Virus record (IMG/VR): IMGVR_UViG_3300033475_000073
Span: 1-40,754 of that record
Direction: 5' to 3' (one strand)
From: a virus
Length of the DNA: 40,754 nt
Positions 1 to 8,158 of this stretch are shown in pieces. The notes under the pieces are model-generated. The model made no database searches, was not told the DNA's origin, and worked only from the letters and a program-made list of their open reading frames with translations. Each line of letters starts with the position of its first letter. Position 1 is the stretch's first letter. A program made the translations under genes and the position numbers.

Positions 1-127
1 TCGAACTCGCCGCGAAGATCAAAGAAATCCTTCATGTTCGCGCCACCGAACAACTCGATGTTGGCAATGAACTTGCCGGTCACGAACTTCTGAAGCGAGG
101 TTACGCCGGCCGCAACGATCTGCTTTT
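1..127. repeat. Terminal direct repeat, copy 1 (identical to 40628..40754)
   Basis: Read directly: tcgaactcgccgcgaagatc...gcaacgatctgctttt occurs at both ends. It lies inside a coding region, so it is most likely a circular-assembly overlap. Confidence 0.95.
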
Positions 128-200
128 CATCGTTGATGACGATCCAAAGCTGTTTCAGCTTGTTCGCCAACGCCGTCGCCTCAGCCTCAAGTGTCGTCAT
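1..200 (-). CDS. 5' part of a 104-aa hypothetical protein that spans the circular junction (3' part at 40513..40754)
   Basis: ATG at 200..198. Reading MTTLEAEATALANKLKQLWIVINDEKQIVAAGVTSLQKFVTGKFIAN... joins in frame with the 40513..40710 track ORF. The joined length is 315 nt. Confidence 0.6.
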   Translation of the reverse strand, partial: MTTLEAEATALANKLKQLWIVINDEKQIVAAGVTSLQKFVTGKFIANIELFGGANMKDFFDLRGEF

Positions 201-313
201 TTGATCGGAATGTTCGACCGCCCGCTCAAGCAGCGGCGCGATCTGGGGCCACAGCGTTTGAAGCGGTGACTTGCCGTCCGACCCCGCATCAGGGGGCACC
301 TGTATCAAATGCA

Positions 314-1426
314 TTACGTGGTGATGCCCGTGGGCAGCGAGTCACCGCCAGCCCAGCCGCCGTTCGCAAATCGAGGATCCCACGCGCCCTGATTGCCCAT
401 CGCACCGTAGCCGTAACCGGCGCCGCCGAAGCCTGCGCTCTGCATGAAAGTGTCCAGCATGTTTCCGGTCATGCTGTAGGGATTGGACGATGCCGTGCCG
501 CCCAAGGACGCCGTGAGAGCGTTGTTTGCGTCCATTGCAGCCTGATTGGGGTCGAAGCCAGACGGATTGCCTGATGACAGGTCACCGCCATAGGCCGCCA
601 CCAGGCTGGCGAACCCGGTTGGATAATTGCTGTTGAGATTGGCGTAAGGGTTGGCGTCGATTTGACTTGTGTCACCACCAATCAAAGATCCCAACCCCTG
701 GCCCACCAGGTTACCAATCGTATTGCTCGGGCTCATAAGCTGGCTAATGACGGACGGACTATTCTTGTCCGCAATCGTGTTTGAACCGTCACCAACTGCA
801 TACTGGGTCTGCGACGGACCATTTGCGCCCGTGTCGTAGCCGTTAACGAGCCCAGACCCGAAATTGAAAGCCGAGTTCGCCAAGCCAAGGCCCGGCACGA
901 CCATTCCAGCAAGACTGAGTGCACCGTTTGCCGCCTGCGCCGGGCTCACCCCAAATGGCAGCCCAGACGATGCATCAGACGCGTTGGGAAGCGCCGGCAA
1001 CCCCGGGGCAGGATTGCTGGGTAGCGAAGCCGAAGGATCATAATACTGGCCTGTGCTGCCACCGGAGAGTCCGTAGGACGGGAATTCCGCAAACTGCGCG
1101 TCTCCCGTACTGCCGCCCATCGGCGTGTAGCTGTCGTTACCCGCAATCGGGTTCACAGCTTCGTTGTTCTGCCCGCTGACCGGCTGCGAGGTGCCCTGGC
1201 CGGCTTGGTCTGGCGAGCTGTACGTCTGGGGCGTGACGGCGCCACGTCCACTGAGCGCGCGCGGATTCACGGACGGATCAACCGTCAACCCGCCAGCCTG
1301 GCCAGGAAATGCGTAGCCATCAATGCCAGTCATAAGCTGCGGCTTCATGGCGTTGGCAAGCAGTGTAGAAAGGTTGCCGATGCCTGACAGGTCACCGAAC
1401 CTGTTAATTCCGCTGGGTATGGTCAT
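314..1426 (-). CDS. Gly/Ser/Asn/Pro-rich virion-associated protein (putative internal/ejection or tail-tip protein)
   Basis: 370-aa ORF with low-complexity G/S/N/A/P composition. 4-nt stop/start overlap with the upstream gene at 1423..1426. Lies in the late structural operon. Confidence 0.55.
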   Translation of the reverse strand: MTIPSGINRFGDLSGIGNLSTLLANAMKPQLMTGIDGYAFPGQAGGLTVDPSVNPRALSGRGAVTPQTYSSPDQAGQGTSQPVSGQNNEAVNPIAGNDSYTPMGGSTGDAQFAEFPSYGLSGGSTGQYYDPSASLPSNPAPGLPALPNASDASSGLPFGVSPAQAANGALSLAGMVVPGLGLANSAFNFGSGLVNGYDTGANGPSQTQYAVGDGSNTIADKNSPSVISQLMSPSNTIGNLVGQGLGSLIGGDTSQIDANPYANLNSNYPTGFASLVAAYGGDLSSGNPSGFDPNQAAMDANNALTASLGGTASSNPYSMTGNMLDTFMQSAGFGGAGYGYGAMGNQGAWDPRFANGGWAGGDSLPTGITT

Positions 1427-1758
1427 CCGAGGATCACGTATCCAAAGGTTCTGTCCGCCTGCGAATTGTTCGCGTGCGTGAGCTTGAAGCTTGTCCCCTC
1501 CACATAGTCAGAGGGCTTGATATAGATGGTGCCGTTGCCGACTTCGGCCGCAGCGTTCGCCGTCTGGGGCGCCAGAAAGACCGAGCTGTTAGCCCCGATC
1601 AGCGGATTGGAAACCGTGGTGCTGGTTACGCCCGTGCCCAGAGTGACTGACCCAATGGCGTTGATTTTGCCAGTTAACCCGGCATTGATTGCACTGGCGA
1701 TCTTGCGCGGGTTAGATTCATCGGGGGCAACGAGCGGCGTGGCGATCTTCGTCGTCAC
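1423..1758 (-). CDS. Small virion structural protein, function unknown
   Basis: 111-aa ORF, coupled by 4-nt overlaps on both sides (1423..1426, 1755..1758). Confidence 0.55.
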   Translation of the reverse strand: MTTKIATPLVAPDESNPRKIASAINAGLTGKINAIGSVTLGTGVTSTTVSNPLIGANSSVFLAPQTANAAAEVGNGTIYIKPSDYVEGTSFKLTHANNSQADRTFGYVILG

Positions 1759-3206
1759 AGCTCGCCGTCATCCTCTGCGTCAATATCCAGGCCATTGGCG
1801 AATGTCCAAGTCGTCCCGGCGGGTATGTCGATCTGAAGCCTATGGAACCGGCCAGACGATAGCAGCGGCACATCGCCGTTGCTCTGCATGGCTGCCGATG
1901 ATGTCAGCGCTTCAGAGTCCGCGAACCGCTCTCGGCTTTGGCATGTAATAGTCGCAGCCGACGTATCGCACAGTGGGCGCAGATTGGTGATTATCGAGCG
2001 CCGACCCTTTGAAGGCTCAACGTCCGCCGTCGTCATCGTGGCAGCTAGATTGCTTCCCGCAAGTGAGCATAGTTGATGGCTGGAATTGAAGATGCCCATA
2101 TAGGCCGCGCCGCCCGTCCATGCGCGACTATCGAAGCTGATCGGCACGCTTTCGATGGTCGAATAGACCAAGCCAATGCCTTCGAGCGTCCAGGCTTCTG
2201 ACAGCGCCGGATATATCAGCTCGTGCGCCAGCTTCGCGTACGACCACTGCTTGTTGTACCAATTGTAGGCCAGGATTGTGTCAGGCTTGGTGACATCCGT
2301 CGCATCGGTCGAAACGAAGGACCAGAACACCAACTTGTTCTGAGGGTCGAAGCCGGAAGTAACTTCTTCAAGCGTGTTCGGCTGCAAATGTGCAGCAAAC
2401 CATTGGTCAACCATCTGGTTGCCGATGGATACGCTCTGGTTGTCGCCGTCCTTCTGATAAAAGCCGTCATGGTCGAGAAAGAAGACGCTTGCCCCCACCT
2501 TGACCAGCGACCCCGGCGCCGCGACGCCTCGATTGGTTTCCAGTACGTCAAACTGGAAATATAGCGGCGGCCCCACATAGGTCATGCGGGTTATGATGTT
2601 GTCCTGAAAAACATAGCCGACGTCCCCGCCAACTATGCCTTGGATCCAGCCGCCATCCTGAAGCGTCTGGGAATCGCACTGCGCCGTGCCCTTGGTCCAA
2701 TTCGTCGAGTCATTGAACCCCGACCAATAGACTTCGGAAGGACTATTGGCAGTATTCGCCAGAACTACGAAATCACGGATCCGGGCAATGTGCCTGGCCT
2801 TGGGCGGGCTACCCGTCAGGTCCGCGAACAGGGTTGACGACCCCATGTCGTAATACTGAACTGGGTCAGTAATTTCCGTGGCGATTACGCGCTGTCCGAA
2901 CTGGACAAATTTCCAACGCTCCACGGTCCCGACGCTATAGCCGCCGCTCTTGGAAACATCCGAAAAAGTGCCGGCTGAAAGCTTGTAGAGCTTCGTACCA
3001 TCGCCAGCGAACGTGTTGATCGACCCAAATGCATCTATGGCAGAGAATGCACCGGCGCATTGCCCATTTAGCGCCGTCGAGATGGCCGACATATCCCTGA
3101 CTGGGATATATCCGGCACCACTTGCGAACACATTCTTCGCGTCAGTCTGGCCCTGGTTGGCGAGGCCGAACATATCCGGTCGCCAATCCGAAAGACCTAT
3201 TCTCAA
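1755..3206 (-). CDS. Putative tail tubular/nozzle-like structural protein
   Basis: 483-aa ORF directly downstream of the adaptor-like gene with a 4-nt overlap. Position and size fit a podovirus tail hub component. No named motif recognised. Confidence 0.5.
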   Translation of the reverse strand: MRIGLSDWRPDMFGLANQGQTDAKNVFASGAGYIPVRDMSAISTALNGQCAGAFSAIDAFGSINTFAGDGTKLYKLSAGTFSDVSKSGGYSVGTVERWKFVQFGQRVIATEITDPVQYYDMGSSTLFADLTGSPPKARHIARIRDFVVLANTANSPSEVYWSGFNDSTNWTKGTAQCDSQTLQDGGWIQGIVGGDVGYVFQDNIITRMTYVGPPLYFQFDVLETNRGVAAPGSLVKVGASVFFLDHDGFYQKDGDNQSVSIGNQMVDQWFAAHLQPNTLEEVTSGFDPQNKLVFWSFVSTDATDVTKPDTILAYNWYNKQWSYAKLAHELIYPALSEAWTLEGIGLVYSTIESVPISFDSRAWTGGAAYMGIFNSSHQLCSLAGSNLAATMTTADVEPSKGRRSIITNLRPLCDTSAATITCQSRERFADSEALTSSAAMQSNGDVPLLSSGRFHRLQIDIPAGTTWTFANGLDIDAEDDGEL

Positions 3207-3853
3207 GGGTTGCCCGTGTCGCTAAAGGCCTGCCACGGCGAACCGGAAAAGCGGTCGTCCTTGTCAGACAGGTTTAGGCCGTTGATGATGCCGGCGAACA
3301 TGGCGCGCGCCTCTGACGCTTTCTCCGCATTGCGAATATAGCTGTATGCCTCCGCGAGCGTTCCTTGCAGGTAGGCGCCGAAAGCATTCTGAAGCAGCCA
3401 GTTGGTGTCGCTGTCGCTGGAAAGCGCGGTCAGCTTCTTGTAGTAGAGGCTCTTGCCAGTATAGGTGCTGTCTGGGATCGGGCCGAACACGAAGTTCTCG
3501 CCCTCAATCGTGTAGCGCGTAGGCGTGTCAGAAATGGAACTGATGTAGGTGCGCCAGAACAGCGTCGGAACAATATACTCAAGTTCTTGGATCGGGTTGG
3601 TGTTCAGATAGAGGCGTCGTGGCGCGAGGTAGCCGGTAGGGAGCGCCACAGTCTGGGCGTTGATCGTGATGTCGGCAGACGTCTCCATTGCGCGGATACG
3701 CAGCGGATCAACCGGGATGGGTCCAGCCCTGTCGCCATACGCGATCTTCGTTTCGGCCAACTGCACGAAGTACGGGATTTGCGTGGTCAGGTTGGAGCGA
3801 TTGAGGAAGCTCGCTACCGTAGCCTTCAGGTCGCCAAAGGTCGAAAGGCTCAA
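3203..3853 (-). CDS. Putative head-to-tail adaptor / tail tubular protein A-like
   Basis: 216-aa ORF. The N-terminus (LKATVASFLNRSNLTTQIPYFVQLAETKI) resembles phage adaptor-type proteins. Lies between the capsid block and the tail hub. Confidence 0.45.
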   Translation of the reverse strand: MSLSTFGDLKATVASFLNRSNLTTQIPYFVQLAETKIAYGDRAGPIPVDPLRIRAMETSADITINAQTVALPTGYLAPRRLYLNTNPIQELEYIVPTLFWRTYISSISDTPTRYTIEGENFVFGPIPDSTYTGKSLYYKKLTALSSDSDTNWLLQNAFGAYLQGTLAEAYSYIRNAEKASEARAMFAGIINGLNLSDKDDRFSGSPWQAFSDTGNP

Positions 3854-4105
3854 TTACTTACCCGCGCCCAAGAGGCCGACAATATTGGTCGCCGTGGTGC
3901 TTGTAGCCTTGATGTTGCGAAGGCGAACCGGGATTAGTGCCCCAGCGGGCACAGCCTTGAACAGAACGGTGCGGCCGGACGGCGTGACCACGTTCACGTC
4001 ACCCGCGACGCCAACGTAGAACCCTACAAAGTTATTGGGGAGCTCTTTGGTATCGCTCGTAGTGATTGCAAATGCGTCGTAGGCAAGGGCTTTGGGGTCG
4101 AACAC
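3854..4105 (-). CDS. Spike base protein-like (GTA Rcc01079 family-like)
   Basis: 83-aa ORF with a GTG start. The pattern FYVGVAGDVNVVTPSGRTVLFKAVPAGALIPVRLRNIKATSTTATNIVGL matches my recollection of the RcGTA head-spike base family. Confidence 0.45.
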   Translation of the reverse strand: MFDPKALAYDAFAITTSDTKELPNNFVGFYVGVAGDVNVVTPSGRTVLFKAVPAGALIPVRLRNIKATSTTATNIVGLLGAGK

Positions 4106-4689
4106 TTATCAGGCATCCATGATGGACGTTGAGCCGTCTTGCCAGCATCAGGATCATCGATCCCGTAAGGCACCTTGCGGCAGGGGTGTAAAAGGTAGTT
4201 TTGGGGCGGCACATAGACGCTAATCCCGCGCCCGCGTGCGAAGCCGATCAGATATTCCATATTAGGGCGCTGATAGGCGTATTCACCGCCAGTCGCCAAG
4301 TCGCAGCCCCAAATCCCGATGCGATCCGCACCTTCCAGGATCGCGAGCGCCATCATGTAGGCGATGGAGCTTTCGAGATAGGCAGTCCCGTAGCAGGTCG
4401 CGCCGAAGGTCTTCTTCACCTCCTCCATCGGGTATTCCACCGAGTGAGGGATGTCCGCTTCCTGCTGAAGCATGTAAACCGGGACCGTAAGCCCTGCCAT
4501 CCATGCCTTGTGTATCTCCGCTGGCTCGCCACCGCCAAGGAAGTTGCGCCAGTTTTCGTGCATCTCGAAGTGACGGTCTGCACGCGGGAGCAAGTCCCAG
4601 GCCAGTGCCCACACTTCCCAGTCGTTAAAGTCGATAGGGGCATCGCTCCGGGAGTTGGAACACTTCCCCATGATCGCTATCTTGCGCAT
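4024..4689 (-). CDS. Rossmann-like enzyme of unplaced family, coupled partner of the glycosyltransferase
   Basis: 221 aa from the ATG at 4689 (TGATG overlap with the GT stop). Motifs KIAIMGKCSNS, HFEMHE, YLESSIAYMMALAILEG, GIWGCDL. The 3' end overlaps the next gene by 82 nt. Confidence 0.6.
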   Translation of the reverse strand: MRKIAIMGKCSNSRSDAPIDFNDWEVWALAWDLLPRADRHFEMHENWRNFLGGGEPAEIHKAWMAGLTVPVYMLQQEADIPHSVEYPMEEVKKTFGATCYGTAYLESSIAYMMALAILEGADRIGIWGCDLATGGEYAYQRPNMEYLIGFARGRGISVYVPPQNYLLHPCRKVPYGIDDPDAGKTAQRPSWMPDKCSTPKPLPTTHLQSLRAIPKSSPITL

Positions 4690-5417
4690 CAAAGCTCTTT
4701 GTAGAGAGCCTGTTTCACCACTTCCGCCTCTTTGGAGAGGAAGTTGGTGTACTCGAAGTCACCGATATGCGCGATCTGCTTGCTCAGGTCGTGGTCGATA
4801 TGAACCGGGATGCCGGCCTTGTGCAGCTTGCGGCAGAAATACACGTCCTCACCAACATGCTTCACGAACTCCGGCGCCTGCGGCTCGATGGCAAAGAACG
4901 GCAAGTCAAGCTTGTCGAACACCCGCATGTCGATCAGCACGCAACCGAAGCCAAGAACGCTAACCTCCTGAATTCCGGTCGCGTTCTCGCCGGACCAAAC
5001 CGGCCCAACATAGTCGGGGCTGTCCAGATAGGCGGTTGGCCTCGCCTCCATGTTCTTGCGGGGGTAGTTGACGCCCACACAGGCCAGATTGTGATTCAGT
5101 AGCCGGGCAATCGTGTCCGGCGGAAATTTCATGTCCGTGTCAACGAACAGGATATGCGTGGCCTCGAAATCGTAGGCCCTGGCCACCAACCGCGCCCTGC
5201 CCTCGGGCAACAGCGAGCTTTTGACGATGGTTACGTCCACCTCTTTGCTGCCGTCGTAAGGCAGGGAGGTGAAGTGAATGGCCGCGCGCGTAACGCTATG
5301 CAGAAAACCGGCCTTGCAATCCCCGTGGCTAGGAATGGCAATGAGAACCTTGAGCGGCCGAAGCGGCTCATTCTTGCCCGCCACAGGCTTTGAGCCCTGA
5401 CGCTTGCCCTTTTTCAT
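4689..5417 (-). CDS. Family-2-type (GT-A fold) glycosyltransferase
   Basis: 242 aa. Has VLIAIPSHG near the N-terminus and a DxD-type motif in HILFVDTDMKFPPDTI. Confidence 0.8.
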   Translation of the reverse strand: MKKGKRQGSKPVAGKNEPLRPLKVLIAIPSHGDCKAGFLHSVTRAAIHFTSLPYDGSKEVDVTIVKSSLLPEGRARLVARAYDFEATHILFVDTDMKFPPDTIARLLNHNLACVGVNYPRKNMEARPTAYLDSPDYVGPVWSGENATGIQEVSVLGFGCVLIDMRVFDKLDLPFFAIEPQAPEFVKHVGEDVYFCRKLHKAGIPVHIDHDLSKQIAHIGDFEYTNFLSKEAEVVKQALYKEL

Positions 5418-5435
5418 GTGTCCCTCAGCTAGTGA

Positions 5436-5738
5436 CTAAACTCGACCGCCCCATGTGCGGAATTTCTTGTTGTCAGAATCATTGGCCCATTGGCGCCAGC
5501 GTTTCCTGTCTGCAAACCATCCCTCGCGCATCGCTTGGTCCATGACCTGCATGGGTATGACGGCGACGTGACGAAAATCTTTGCCGGGCGGTTCGTCTGC
5601 AATGACCTTCGCTGCCTCTATGATCGGATCACAATCCTGCGCGGTCTTGATGAGCAAGTCGCCGGGACGCATCTCGTCAAAATAGGCGACTTCGTGCAGT
5701 CCGCCGAACGAGCTAAGGAGAAGCTTCTTGGTACTCAC
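5436..5738 (-). CDS. Hypothetical protein
   Basis: 100-aa track ORF with native-looking composition, in the late operon; 4-nt overlap with the upstream gene. Confidence 0.6.
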   Translation of the reverse strand: MSTKKLLLSSFGGLHEVAYFDEMRPGDLLIKTAQDCDPIIEAAKVIADEPPGKDFRHVAVIPMQVMDQAMREGWFADRKRWRQWANDSDNKKFRTWGGRV

Positions 5739-5932
5739 TGGCCGTCACCATAGACGTAGGCGTAGTATTTCTTGGCGGCCTCAAGTACGCCGTCTGCGCC
5801 GCCGATCTTCTTGTTCGGCTCGGCAACGGTGAACTCAGGCTGGGTCTGTAAGGCCCATTCGATGCAGCGGGCTTTGTATTCAGGGCTGACAAATTTGCTC
5901 ATCGATGCGGTGCCAGGGTCCGGAACAATCAT
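5735..5932 (-). CDS. Hypothetical protein
   Basis: 65-aa ORF; GGAGGG SD 3 nt upstream of the ATG at 5932. Confidence 0.55.
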   Translation of the reverse strand: MIVPDPGTASMSKFVSPEYKARCIEWALQTQPEFTVAEPNKKIGGADGVLEAAKKYYAYVYGDGQ

Positions 5933-5941
5933 CTTCCCTCC

Positions 5942-5973
5942 AAGAAAGAGGGGCCGAGATTGCTCCCGGCCCC
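5942..5973 (-). terminator. Intrinsic terminator/attenuator just downstream of the major capsid gene
   Basis: On the minus strand: GGGGCCG-ggagcaatct-CGGCCCC followed by TCTTTCTTG. It starts 11 nt after the capsid stop, and its tail abuts the SD of the next gene. Confidence 0.6.
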
Positions 5974-5983
5974 GATGCTACGA

Positions 5984-6964
5984 TTACGACGAAGTGTTCA
6001 GGTCAGCGATGACGCCGAACGCACCTTCGTTGCGCATTTCCAGCGTGTATTCCACACGTAGGTCCTTGCGCTGCGAGTCGCCAGTCTTCGCCAGGTCATA
6101 GGTGAAGACCGGGCGCAGATAGGCAACCGAAGCGAACTCCGGGTCGTACACGATGGCAGAACGCTCGCGGCTGAAGCGGTTGGGCACCACCTTCAGGTCG
6201 CCATAGTCCGACGCATACATGTCCGCCGCGCCCTGGATCACATTCTTGTTGTTCAGAACGGTGCGGGCGTTGGAGCGGCCAGTGAAGGTCGAGATGGTCT
6301 GCTTGTTGTGCGGGCCAACCATGATGATCGACGGATCACCGCCGGTCGCGTACACCTGGGCCAGCAGCTTCTTCAGAAGCGATTCCGTCAACGCACGCAG
6401 ATGGGTCGCATCCGTCGCGGCATTGGTCGTGCCGTTGACACTGGTCGAGGACTTGCCCTTCGTGCCGCCCGAAGTCGCGGTAGTTTCACGCTGGGTATTG
6501 GTACGCAGCCAGGCTTCGAGACCGCGCAGCTTACGCGCAGTGCCGGTGGCACCCAAGGCGCCGGCCTGGTTGGAACACAGAATGGTTTCCATATCGCGCT
6601 TGAGCTCTTTCGAGCGCTTCGCCATCTGGTAGCCCATTTCCGAATTGCGGCCGGCCTTGTCCACGCTTTCCTGCGTGCCGGTCACAACCACGTCCTTGCT
6701 GGAAATCTGGCAGATGTTGCTCAGACGGACAGTCGGGGTGGACGACGTACCGACAACCACGTCACCTTCCAACTGGGCGTTGGTGGACGAAGCGGAAGCC
6801 AGGGTATCGGTCTGCCATTCATGCTTGGTCGCCTTGGCCTTCGACTTGCCGATGGACGACATGAAGGGGGTCTGGGTAGGCGAGATGTTGTAGATGACGT
6901 TGGTGAGGTCTTCGCGATTACCGATAGCGCCATAAGAGCTAAAGGCATTGGTCTGGATAGTCAT
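5984..6964 (-). CDS. Major capsid protein (HK97 fold, DUF5309/SU10-type family)
   Basis: 326 aa. The N-terminal signature YGAIGNREDLTNVIYNISPTQTPFMSSIGKSKAKATKHEWQTDTLA is typical of this capsid family. Lies directly after the scaffold gene. Confidence 0.9.
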   Translation of the reverse strand: MTIQTNAFSSYGAIGNREDLTNVIYNISPTQTPFMSSIGKSKAKATKHEWQTDTLASASSTNAQLEGDVVVGTSSTPTVRLSNICQISSKDVVVTGTQESVDKAGRNSEMGYQMAKRSKELKRDMETILCSNQAGALGATGTARKLRGLEAWLRTNTQRETTATSGGTKGKSSTSVNGTTNAATDATHLRALTESLLKKLLAQVYATGGDPSIIMVGPHNKQTISTFTGRSNARTVLNNKNVIQGAADMYASDYGDLKVVPNRFSRERSAIVYDPEFASVAYLRPVFTYDLAKTGDSQRKDLRVEYTLEMRNEGAFGVIADLNTSS

Positions 6965-6986
6965 GTTGGGTTAGAGGCTCCTGTCC

Positions 6987-7901
6987 TCAGAACATTGATT
7001 GGAACACCCGAGCCGCATCGTCGATGCTGCCGGTCTTTTGGAGCCGCTCGAAATCACCCTTTAATTTCTCGTCCTTGCTGGAAGACTGCGTGACCGTTCC
7101 CGGTTGCTGAACCGGAGGGGCCTTCGCCGCTTTCGCCTGTGCGGTCTTGAGAGCCGCCTGTGACGCCTTGAACTGCATGGCGTCGTGCAACAATGCGAAG
7201 TCATTTGCCGATGCCATAGCGAGCTGCTGGGGCGTGTAACCACGCTCCTTGATCGCGAAGTCCTGAAGTTTCTTGGCGAGTGCCGGACCCTTTTCGGGGT
7301 CCTTCAGATCGGGCAAGAACTTTTCGAGCTTCGTGCGCTCACTGGCCTGCCATTCGGCATGACGCTGCTGCGCCTGCTGATTGGCCTGACCTTGGGCCGT
7401 CTGCTGTGCCTGCTGGGCCTGCTGCAAACGGGCATTGGCAATGACGTAACGGTTGTAGCGATCCGGGTCTTCTTGGGCGACCCTCTGCAAATCATCAAAA
7501 CCCTTGATGTCTGCAAACTCGCCCCTAATCGCCGCTTCCAACTGCGGGACATAGGTATTGAGTGCGTTTAGGAACTGATTTCGAGTGGCTTCGGCTTCCT
7601 GAATCTTGCGAGCCGCTTCCGAACGCATCTGCTCCACGTCCGGCGCAGCGGCGTGGGCAGGCTGGGAAGGCTCTTCCGGGACTTCGGGGGCCGTATTGTC
7701 CGGGGCAGGCTCCTGCCGAGCCTCACTCGCCGGGGTCTCAACCTCGGACGCCTGCGCGGGCGCCGATGGCTGGGATTGGGGTACATCGGTCTGGGCTGGC
7801 GCGTCATCAGGTTGCTGCCTGTTAAGCAGGTCCGTGATGGCGCTTGCCGCCTGATCCAGATCGAGGTCTGTGTTATCTGAACTGTTTAAGTCGTCGGCCA
7901 T
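6987..7901 (-). CDS. Scaffolding protein
   Basis: 304 aa, acidic N-terminus and long Q/A/E-rich helical stretches. Lies between portal and capsid. Confidence 0.7.
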   Translation of the reverse strand: MADDLNSSDNTDLDLDQAASAITDLLNRQQPDDAPAQTDVPQSQPSAPAQASEVETPASEARQEPAPDNTAPEVPEEPSQPAHAAAPDVEQMRSEAARKIQEAEATRNQFLNALNTYVPQLEAAIRGEFADIKGFDDLQRVAQEDPDRYNRYVIANARLQQAQQAQQTAQGQANQQAQQRHAEWQASERTKLEKFLPDLKDPEKGPALAKKLQDFAIKERGYTPQQLAMASANDFALLHDAMQFKASQAALKTAQAKAAKAPPVQQPGTVTQSSSKDEKLKGDFERLQKTGSIDDAARVFQSMF

Positions 7902-8158
7902 GTGAATATGCTCCGCTTCGCACCCTCAAGTTCTTTGAGGCGCGCTTCCTTGAGTTTTCCGGTTGTGGCCGTGCTCTGAAGATCAGCGACGAGCTTCTCG
8001 ATCAGGCAGACGTAGCGATGACAGTCTTCACGGGCTTCAACGGTTTTAGCGTTGCGCCATGCCGCGTGATATTGCTGGTCAAGCGCGTTCAAGGCGTCCC
8101 GGAGATACTGGTTCTCTAGGAGTGCCTGGGCTTGGAGCCCCCTCTGGATTTCGTCCAT
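7886..8158 (-). CDS. Hypothetical protein downstream of portal
   Basis: 90-aa ORF; its ATG shares one nt with the portal stop (TAATG). Confidence 0.6.
   Translation of the reverse strand: MDEIQRGLQAQALLENQYLRDALNALDQQYHAAWRNAKTVEAREDCHRYVCLIEKLVADLQSTATTGKLKEARLKELEGAKRSIFTWPTT

Noticed and set aside
191-574. 127-aa plus-strand ORF at the window start
   Set aside because: It is Arg/Ala-rich and antisense to the junction-spanning gene and the 370-aa late gene. It has no SD.
6308-7093. 261-aa plus-strand ORF and other long ORFs antisense to capsid, portal, terL and tail genes (e.g. 8443..9030, 9604..10179, 10545..11291, 3365..3937, 4201..4704)
   Set aside because: These are Arg/Gly/Leu-rich shadow ORFs typical of GC-rich DNA. 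Each lies fully inside a strongly supported gene on the other strand.
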